Shown in pieces: positions 54,952 through 64,000 of a stretch of 64,000 nt of DNA. Source of the DNA: Eledone cirrhosa (Eukaryota); contig OZ024742.1 of NCBI GenBank assembly GCA_964016885.1, forward strand, positions 19,592,001-19,656,000. Reading direction: 5' to 3'. The notes under the pieces were generated by a model, which was given only the letters and a program-made list of their open reading frames with translations, made no database searches and was not told the origin of the DNA. Made by a program: the position numbers and the translations under genes. Numbering within the stretch: position 1 is the stretch's first letter; the number at the start of each line of letters is the position of its first letter.

Positions 54952-55541
54952 GAGGTAGAACACTGGAAGGTAATATCCGTAGTTGTAGAGCACTCAGTCC
55001 ATGGGATGAGTTTTGTAGAAGTAGTAACACAACAATTAGTTCGCCATACCGAGAACAATTGTTTCACCTTAGCGGATCCTCAGCTCGTAATGGTCATCGT
55101 TATACGGAATAGGAAGAACAAACTTATGAACGCGCATGCGCAGAAACAGTCACATCACCCAAGCGATACAATGCCACGGGCGAAAGGTGTAAGGGAGTTA
55201 ACTGCGAAAGTCCGAAAAGTAGTTGGAGTTGATAAGAAAATTAGGATATTGTTGTTATTCAATCCGGAGCTTTGTAGTTATGTAAGAGGTGTTTCTAGAC
55301 ATGTGGACAGCGTGTGAAGATTTCATTTCTAGAGTTTAGGCAATTACTATTGCATAATCTCCTTAGAATAGTTATCCGTTCATCAATACACAGTCCACAA
55401 GACGGAGTGCCCCTTGCGTATGGCTTGGACTTAGTGATGGCTTTCCATTGAACGGAGTAGTCTATACTTGCATCCACGAGGGACCATACGTGACTTGCGA
55501 GTTTCATGGATGATCGTTTGTCCGGGTACCTAAAGGTCGAC
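54950..55541 (-). mobile_element. PLE 3' fragment, family R
   Basis: Endonuclease C-terminus LASHVWSL...WKAI...CGLCIDER...LNSRNE...CPH, then 3' UTR, HHR and tail. Confidence 0.82.
55050..55087 (-). ncRNA. Minimal type I hammerhead, family R
   Basis: CGAG-CTGAGGA-T-CC-GCTAA-GG-T-GAAA-CAATTG-TT-CTCG. Confidence 0.82.
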
Positions 55542-55568
55542 ATATATATGTATATATATATATATATG

Positions 55569-55647
<79 letters not shown>

Positions 55648-55652
<5 letters not shown>

Positions 55653-56326
55653 TAAGTATACGTACATACATATATGTATACAGACGTACAGTAGTATGTA
55701 TATATATATATACATACATGCACACATATATATATGTACGTATGGATTCACCGAACATTTATTATAATGCTCGGTGTGTTTGTAAACAAACATCCCGAAT
55801 TAAGCCGTACAGTGTCTAGCAACCATCGTTGCTCATTTGTTCAACACTGACAAAGGAATGCTGTACTAGTTTCAAGCTTATTAGCTATCGTCAGCAACGT
55901 ATACCTTCCTGCCAGATGATTAAATGTCTGAAAGTATATACTTTCCTCATGCATATTAACGGCTGAGCAGCCTAATTTGCATATCGACGATAGCTAATAA
56001 GCTTGAAACTAGTACAGCGTTCCTTTGTCAGTGTTGAACAAATGAGCAACGATAGTTGCTAGACACTGTACGGCTTAATTCGGGATGTTTGTTTACAAAC
56101 ACACCGAGCATTATAATAAATGTTCGGTGAATCCATACATACATATATATATGTGTGCATGTATGTATATATATACATACTACTGTACGTCTGTATACAT
56201 ATATGTATGTACGTATACTTACTTATATTTAAATAACAGCCGTACTAAGAGTGAGAAATGAAATTTCGTTTCGGTTCGTTTTTCGTTTCATCGCTTCCTC
56301 TCGTTTCGTTTTATTTTTTTCCGTTT
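55648..56326. mobile_element. Hairpin insertion, family S
   Basis: ~240-bp arms (55648-55892 / 55986-56227). A tail piece also lies at 5166-5226. Confidence 0.85.
55860..55898 (-). ncRNA. Minimal type I hammerhead, family S
   Basis: GTTG-CTGACGA-T-AGC-TAATAA-GCT-T-GAAA-CTAG-TA-CAGC. Confidence 0.8.
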
Positions 56327-56344
56327 ATATATATATATATATAA

Positions 56345-59300
56345 TATTAAGGATATTATTTATAGTTATGTATATTTTAAACTATAAACAGGGAAGGTCA
56401 GTAATTTATTACTACCTTATTACCAGTAAGATAAATAGCTCAATGTAATAACATCAGTTGTTCTACAGAGCATTTATATAGAATTCACAAGAATCAAAGC
56501 TATGTTCAAAGCATTTATTCACTTACAATTGTTTCATCCAAACCTTGGCCTGCGGTCTTCGGAGCATTTTTCAATGTTTGTACATATAATTGACTTCCTA
56601 TCCAACGCAGGAGACATACAGATACATATATATATATATTGATGTACAGTGGAGCGACATATATTATATTATACTATATTTGTACAGCAATTCAAATTTA
56701 AAATCAAAATTAAAATACATGCGGCAGATAACACAGATAATGTAAGAGGATAGTTTGATAATCAGGTATGCGTTAGTCACACATGGAGCATGAAAGTGTG
56801 TCTCATTTATATACGATTATTGTGTGGCAAGGTGTTACATGTAATGCAAGCACTTTAAGCGGGTAAGCAAGAGTATTATGGTGGTTGTTGTTGTATGGTA
56901 TTTTTTGTATAGATCAAAAAAGTATGTGTGCAGAAAAAGAAAAAGAAAAAGAAAGTTATAGTTTTTGCATCCACCACCATTTTTACATTCAGAAAAGGAA
57001 GAAATAGTTTTTACATCCATCACATAAGTTACGATGATTCCGTATTGAATGTTTGATGCATTAAATTATTGTAGCGTATTGAGGCTCAGTGTTATTTAAT
57101 CCATATTTATAGAATAGGTTCTTTCTGCAGCGAGAATTTACAGTGGTTTATTACCCGGAAGTAGGTGTGCAATTAAGGGGAGTTAATGCGTAAGGGGAGG
57201 TAACTAGCTAATTCTCATAACTAAATTCATTGTTCTAATATACATTATATGGTGCCTCAATTGAGTCCCTTATATAAAAGGTTATATATTTATATCTAAA
57301 TTTCAATTTTAAATAGAGTCTACTCTATCATAATGTACTAAAGGTATCTATAGTAAGTTGATTACTCCTTATTATATAGTGCTACAATTGAATTTCCCAT
57401 ACAAAGTGCCATATCTTTATATCAAAGTTCACTGTAAATACAGTCTACTCTCAAAACATATCAGAGGACCTATTAAAATTTTGTCTACATAACCCCCGGT
57501 AAGTTATGGAGCAGCGTATGGCTGTTTGCATGACAAAATCAAATACATCTCTTGGGTAGACAAATACATCCCTCATTTACAATGTCATTAATCTATCCAT
57601 CAAGTTATACATGCATATATAATTCATATATAATTCATTGCACCACTCTGCATATACGTTAGACAGATCACTTATGTTAATAAATCAATCCTATGTATAT
57701 CTAATGTTATTACTCCATAAATTTAATTACAGATGCATATATAATTCACTGCCGTATCTAGTATTTAAAGTTTATATAGACTGTATTATATTTCTATCCC
57801 TATATAATTATAAGTAATTGAAAGTAATTATATTAAAGGTTGGTGTTTATGCGGATATTTCTAGGGTATAAAGTTATAGATAGAGAGAATGATTTGTGTC
57901 GAGGGAAGGGTGGATCAGAGAGTGTGGTGTAGTTGTGTAAGGCATGCCCTTGGGGTGTGGTGTTAGAAGCGGTGATGGGTTCAAGTCTGACATTGTTATA
58001 TATTGGGTTTAAAGTTTTGGAAGGAGTGCCGGGAACGGTGCTGGCACGACGCAAACACTTCCGATTTTTTTTATTAAGGAGGTTAAGGTTCGAAAAGATT
58101 ATAGTATGGGTCTCTAGTAGACAGAGGTTACAGAATTTATTAGGTGGTCTGTACGATGCCGCCTTACCTATCACTTCCCATTAAAGTGTATATGATCTAT
58201 TTCTAGTTTTCAGATAGTGTATGTAGCTAGATAGTGAAGTGGAGTTGGCTAGACTGTGTTTTTTGAAAGAATGGAGATGTGAATTGTATCTGGTTTTGAA
58301 GCAGTTCGAAGTAGAGCCTATATAGGTTTCAGAAGAGTTGCTAGTTCTGACCCTGCATGAGTAGATGATGTCCTTGATTAAGCAGTTTTTACCTAAAGGG
58401 CAGGTTCTATTAGATCTACAGTTACAATTATTTTGGATGATAACCTGTCGGTTATTATGTTGTGTAGAAGTCTGGTTGCTAGGTATTGCATTATGGCTAT
58501 GGGGGTTGTCGCTCCCAATGTTATTGATTTCATTAGTGTTATTACTATTATTACTATTGATATCAGGTTTTGCAGATATTACGTTGTTTTGAAAGTTTAC
58601 CCCCTGCTGTGTTTTAGTTTGTTGAAAGTAAGTATTAATCTTTCTTTTATTGCTACTAGCTATGTGGTATGCTATGTTAGGCGTGGTAGAGTAGGAGATT
58701 TTAAAGGTGTTTTTATTTATAAGACTATGGTACTTGTGGCCAGATGGGAAGTTTTTTATCCAGGAGTGAGAAGAAAGATTAGGTAGGTTGGTAGAGACGT
58801 TTAGATTGAAAGGGGGGTTGAAAATGTATTAGTTCTTCTTCTATTTTTGTTTTTTATATCTGTTGAGGTGTTTCTGTTTATGGTATTTTGGTGTCTTCTC
58901 TGGTGTGAGTTACGTTTGTTGCTACCCTTCGTATTAGTGTGTGTGTGGTTATTACTCTTATTACTATTTTTCCTCATGGATATATTGTGAGAAATAATGT
59001 TGTAACTATGTGTTTTTATAGGTAGGAACTCGATCTCATTATTATGGCCTGATCTAGCTAATGCCTGATTATAGTATTGTGAGTTTTTGCTAAATATGGT
59101 TTCGTCATAAGACAGATTAGAGATTCTATTGGATATTCCTTTAGAGATAGAGTTTAATGTTGATCTAGGGTGGTTAGACTTGGTATCTATGTAAATTAGT
59201 TTTTCGTTAGGTTTATGGAATGGTGTGTATATTTTAGAGTCTAGGTAAAGGGTGGTATCAAGGATGTTAACGTTTTTAGTGTTTTTGTCTATGGTGATAC

Positions 59301-59843
59301 TTAGGTTATAGTTTTTGAAAGTCTTATGCAATAGTTTCCTAGTTCTTTCTATATTAAATTTGTTATAGTCTATAAGGAGTAGTGCATCATCGCGGTACAA
59401 ACCACCGTTGAGGTATGGTAGGTCCTTATGGATTTCGTTTAGTAGGTATAGGCCCACCAAATCAGTGACCTGCGCCGAGTCACTAGATCCCATGGTTATG
59501 TCAAAGTTATTATGCGTATCTTTGCGGGTCCATAACTGATCTTCAAAAGTGATTACGGTTTTACGGGCCGCAAGTATGACATCAATCTGAGGTCTAGTCA
59601 GGTCACTATTGTTCATGGCCATAATTAGTGCTTTATTTAATAGGATAGGGGAAATAGAGGTGTAGTATGAATTGATATCAAACTGAATATTTTTTTTATT
59701 TTTGTTCTCTTTGATATCCACTGCGTTGGATAGGAAGTCAATTATATGTACAAACATTGAAAAATGCTCCGAAGACTCCAAGCCTAGGTTTGGATGAAAC
59801 AATTGTAAGTGAATAAATGCTTTGAACATAGCTTTGATTCTTG

Positions 59844-59844
<1 letters not shown>
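56345..59844 (-). mobile_element. 5'-truncated decayed PLE with inverted terminal arm
   Basis: RT motifs (FDINSYYTSI, ITMGSSDSAQ, GGLYRDD), endonuclease motifs (IIYSCRV..YIGSTS..FKTRYNSH; CNLCLLE), ~1.3-kb 3' region. 59721-59844 is the inverse of 56486-56610. Confidence 0.88.
59766..59810 (+). ncRNA. Hammerhead-like fold with CCGAAGA core; other copy about 56521-56566 on minus
   Basis: GCT-CCGAAGA-C-TCCAAGCC-TA-GGTTTGGA-T-GAAA-CAATTG-TA-AGT. Confidence 0.65.
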
Positions 59845-59937
<93 letters not shown>

Positions 59938-59940
<3 letters not shown>

Positions 59941-60161
59941 TGCAGTGCTGAGACTAAGGAGATCACTAATTTTGTGAGTACTCGATACATGGGGAGATGT
60001 AGAGTGGGTATAGAGATATGTAAAATCCCGACCGCGGCGCCAAGCAGTTTCGGGTTGGCGCCGCGGTCGGGATTTTATATATCTCTATACCCACTCTACA
60101 CCAACCCATGTCTCGAGTACTCACAAAATTAGTGATCTCCTTAGTCTCACCACTGCAGACT
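59938..60161. mobile_element. Hairpin insertion, family T, flanked by (GA)n and CT-rich DNA
   Basis: ~105-bp arms. Distant relative of family A (TACCCACTCTAC, CGAGTACTC, GAAACTGCTTG). Confidence 0.8.
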
Positions 60162-60363
60162 CCCCCCTCTACTCCCCCTCCCCCTCTCTCCCTCTCTCTC
60201 CTCTCTCTCTCCTCTCTCTCTCCAGAAACGTTAAGACCCTCTTCCTGCTCTATCAAGCCTTAACCTAATATATTGCTTCCATATACTGTACCGATTGTGT
60301 TGTTTCTGTTTACCCTTTACATACATTTATATATATATATAAATGTATGTAAAAGGGAAACAG

Positions 60364-60463
<100 letters not shown>

Positions 60464-60589
60464 CATGTGTGAATGAGAACTTGGTGTCAATTGAACATTC
60501 TGAAAATAGAATTTGAACCTTTCACCATATTTTGACTACAGAAAATTGTTTAATATTAGGACATATAAAACCGCATAACGACACACACA

Positions 60590-60674
<85 letters not shown>

Positions 60675-61561
60675 GTATATATGTATGTGTGTGCGTGTGT
60701 GTAAAAGTAATAAAAATATAACAAAACAAACAGCACAGTACATGGCAGAAATATATCAGTTTAACGTTTGAAATAGCAGGAAGAGAGACTTAACGTTTTG
60801 AACAAAAGCTGACTATAAAGGAGTGATGCTAGAGCTGTGAAATCTTGCATGCATTAATTGTATCTCTTCTTATTAATAACTGCATTGTTTCTTTCCAGGA
60901 ATTATGTTGAAAAATAAATCTCATTTGGTCATTCCATGAGAGCATCTTAGTCAGCCTATGAATTGTTCAGCCGAAAGTTTTAAACGTTAGAATTATTTAT
61001 AATTATCAAATGAAACATGTAGACTTACCCTGCCCTCACAAAAAGAACAACATGGCCGAGACCATGCTTCGGCACCAATAGAAACAAAATGAACATTAGT
61101 ATGCGTGGGAAAGGAACCTACATCTTTTATTTTCCTGGTGTGTTAAACAGATTACACCAGCACACCCACTTACAAACAAACAAACAAATTCAAAGATCTT
61201 CTCCCCCACCCTGATGTAAAAGATACAGAAACCTACAATATACACTACTTGCACCAAACAATCACGAAACCCAGTAATGTAATCTCAGTAATATATTAAA
61301 TATTATACTCTACAGCGGTATTGCATACTTTTCCTCGAGATTATAAATCAAAATATACGTATACAGACACATACACACACACATATTCCTCCCACTTCGC
61401 ATACGGATACACACATATATCACACACATACACACACAGTCAAATATAAAGGGCATTGTCATTAGAATTTTCAAAGTCTAGGCTGCAATGAACAAAATGA
61501 AAAGCATATGAAAATCAGATCTACCCAGAAAATTCTAAATATCATTTTTCAGAACATCTGT

Positions 61562-61760
61562 TGTGTCAATGTTGTGTGGATCAGGTACATGGACACTGAC
61601 ACAAGCACTTGAGTCAGTGTTGTATGGATCAGGTACATGAACCCTGACACAAGCACTTGAGTCAGTATTGTATAGATCAGGCACATGTATCCTGACACAA
61701 ATACTTGAGCCAGTGTTTTTAAATGGTTCAGGTACATGAACCCTGACACAAGCACTTGAG
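61562..61760. repeat. ~48-bp tandem repeat, about 4 copies
   Basis: GGATCAGGTACATGAACCCTGACACAAGCACTTGAGTCAGTGTTGTAT. Confidence 0.85.
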
Positions 61761-61799
61761 AAGAAACTAGATGATACATACACTAAAATACTTGGGGTT

Positions 61800-62116
61800 G
61801 TTGTACAAAACATAAATTGGTGTCAATGTATTTCAAATGAAAGTTTATACGGAAACTTGCTCAAGATTATAACTGCAATTGTTCAAAGACGTTTACAATC
61901 TGCAGGACATTGCTGGAGAAGTAAGCAGGAAGTTATATACAAGTTACTATTGTGGGAAGCACTTCACGGGAGATACAGTAGAGGAAGACCTGCTCGAACC
62001 TTCACGATCAACTCTCAGACGAGAGAAACGTCAGTAGGGAACAGTTACCAGGAGCAATAGAATGTCATGAATTGTGGAGAGACATTGTCAGGAATGTTAG
62101 ACCGCTGTTGCAATGA
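61800..62116 (+). pseudogene. RTE-type LINE 3' fragment
   Basis: RRLQSAGHCWRSKQEVIYKLLLWEALHGRYSRGRPARTF. Confidence 0.7.
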
Positions 62117-62239
62117 TATATATATACATTGTATATGTATATACATTGTATATATATATACATTATATATATATATCATTGCAACAGCGGTCTAACATTC
62201 CTGACAAAGTCTCTCCACAATTCCATATGTATATTATAC

Positions 62240-62272
<33 letters not shown>

Positions 62273-62282
62273 CATATATATG

Positions 62283-62411
<129 letters not shown>

Positions 62412-62564
62412 GGTGACAGAGAGATAGAGATGTTACTGGTTAAAACCAGTAAGATTTAGTACACTATACTTAGGGAAAGAAGAGTGGCTGAGTTATGGAG
62501 ATGGTTTAATCCTAGACGTTCGGCAAGAACTCCTGTAGTAATAATAATAATAATAATGATGATT

Positions 62565-64000
62565 TCATTTATTAGCCACAAGGACCGACATGTAGGGGAC
62601 AATACAAAGACAGGGACAGTGGAGGTTTACAATAAGATTCAGTAAAAATGCACAATAACAAAACCAATTTAACAATGAAAAAATATAAAATAACTATATA
62701 TAAAATTAACAAAATGAATTTCCTAATAGGGTGGGGGGGGGGTCGTGAACCACCAGGGGCTACTCAGGTACCCCACCAATCGTGAACCACCCGACACTTC
62801 TAGGGCACCCCTCTCATCCACAAATTAACCAGCCTACAGGCACATGGTCAGAGTAGGCCCACTCACACGGGCCATTCTCGCCACATTCACCCACCTTTCA
62901 GCAAATGTACTGGGAGCAGCACTTCTCTCTCCACCCTCACCTTCCTTTCCAAGTGAAACTTGAAAAAGTTGATGAGGGATTGGCCGAAGAGAAAATTCTC
63001 TGTCTTCAGTCCTTTCAACCTCGTCCACCATACAACCTCTTTCGCTACTGCCACCAGAGAGAGGAAACTTGCCTGCCCTTCCTGGCCAAAAGAAGGCGGC
63101 GGGTCGATCTTCACTATGGACTCGGCCGATAGCCGGATCCGTTCTACACGCGACAACAGCTGTTCGACATAACTCCACAAGTCAGTAATGCACGGACATT
63201 GGACGAGTGCGTGCATAACGGTTTCGTCGCTCTGCGCGCATCTTGGGCAGGTACGTCTGACAACACTTCCGAGCCTGGAGAGTTTATCTTGAACCGGCAG
63301 TGCCCCCCGGTAACACTGCCAAGCGAGGGATTTCTGGAAGTTATCCATCAACCCCGGCTCGAAAGTCCTCCGGAACAGACTGGTCAGTTCGACTTCGTAG
63401 ACGCCCAGAGCCTCTCTGAGTGCGTCGTCGCACTTGCCCACCACTAATCCTCTATAGAACTCGAGAGTGGAAGTTCCACTGACCGCATTGCCCACCTGGT
63501 AGAGGGCAGTGAGTGCCTGGCAACATTCCAGATACCAGTGACCCAGTCTCGGTCTCTTCTTGATCCAAGACTGCTGCTTAGTCATAGAGACGAGCTGCGG
63601 AAAGGCCTGTCAGACAAACGGCGACCACACCTGTTCACCGTTTAGGCAGAATGTCTGGAGATGCCGCAGCCTCAGCGTATGTCTGCGCATCATTACTCTC
63701 CGCGTAAAGGGTGCTGGCAGCAGATGGATCGCCTCACCAACGGAACCTGTCCCCTCCAAAAGAAGTTGAAGAGAAGCCGTTCTAACTTGGCGAGGTGTGG
63801 ACGAAGGCAAGGCACGACGGTCAGGCGGTAGTAGATAACGGATGCGATGTACGTGTTCGCCACCTCCACCCGACCTTTCAGTGACAGCTTCCTCGCTGCC
63901 CATTTCTGGGTGAGACTGGCTACCCTGATCGTCACCTCGTCCCAATTCTTATCCAAACCGGCCCGTCCGTCCAGCGCCCAATGACGCTGTTGGACTGCAT
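62565..64000 (-). mobile_element. Tx1/L1-type LINE ORF2 C-terminal part, continues past the right edge
   Basis: QKWAARKLSLKGRVEVAN...FNFFW and zinc finger CPRCAQSDETVMHALVQC. 3' UTR ends at a TAA-type repeat. Confidence 0.8.

Noticed and set aside
59700-59829. N-terminus of the 342-aa ORF (MFKAFIHLQLF...)
   Set aside because: Fortuitous read-through of the inverted pLTR arm; the real RT sequence starts near IQFDINSYY.

Overview
Animal intergenic/intronic DNA, probably cephalopod (Octopus-like; inferred from the tRNA-SINE type and the extreme (TA)n content). No host gene can be supported, and most ORF-track entries are microsatellite translations. The window is dominated by Penelope-like retroelements (PLEs). 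These include a partial-tandem element with an uninterrupted RT + GIY-YIG frame (1-4226), several decayed or internally deleted PLEs of a second type, and about 25 short non-coding insertions from more than 15 sequence-unrelated families sitting in (TA)n tracts. Many of the short insertions are asymmetric head-to-head hairpins with both 3' ends pointing outward. By manual folding, about 30 type I hammerhead ribozyme (HHR) motifs lie in these termini, usually with a palindromic stem III. Two families carry a ~100-nt multi-branched domain in stem II, one with compensatory changes. A short GAGYRC motif recurs 30-80 nt inside the 3' end of unrelated families. Also present: an R4/Dong LINE in (TAA)n, Tx1/L1, CR1, RTE and CRE-like LINE fragments, Helitron remnants, many tRNA-derived SINEs and several minisatellites. 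All RNA structures and coordinates were read by eye, so boundaries are approximate to a few bases. Family letters are my own labels.
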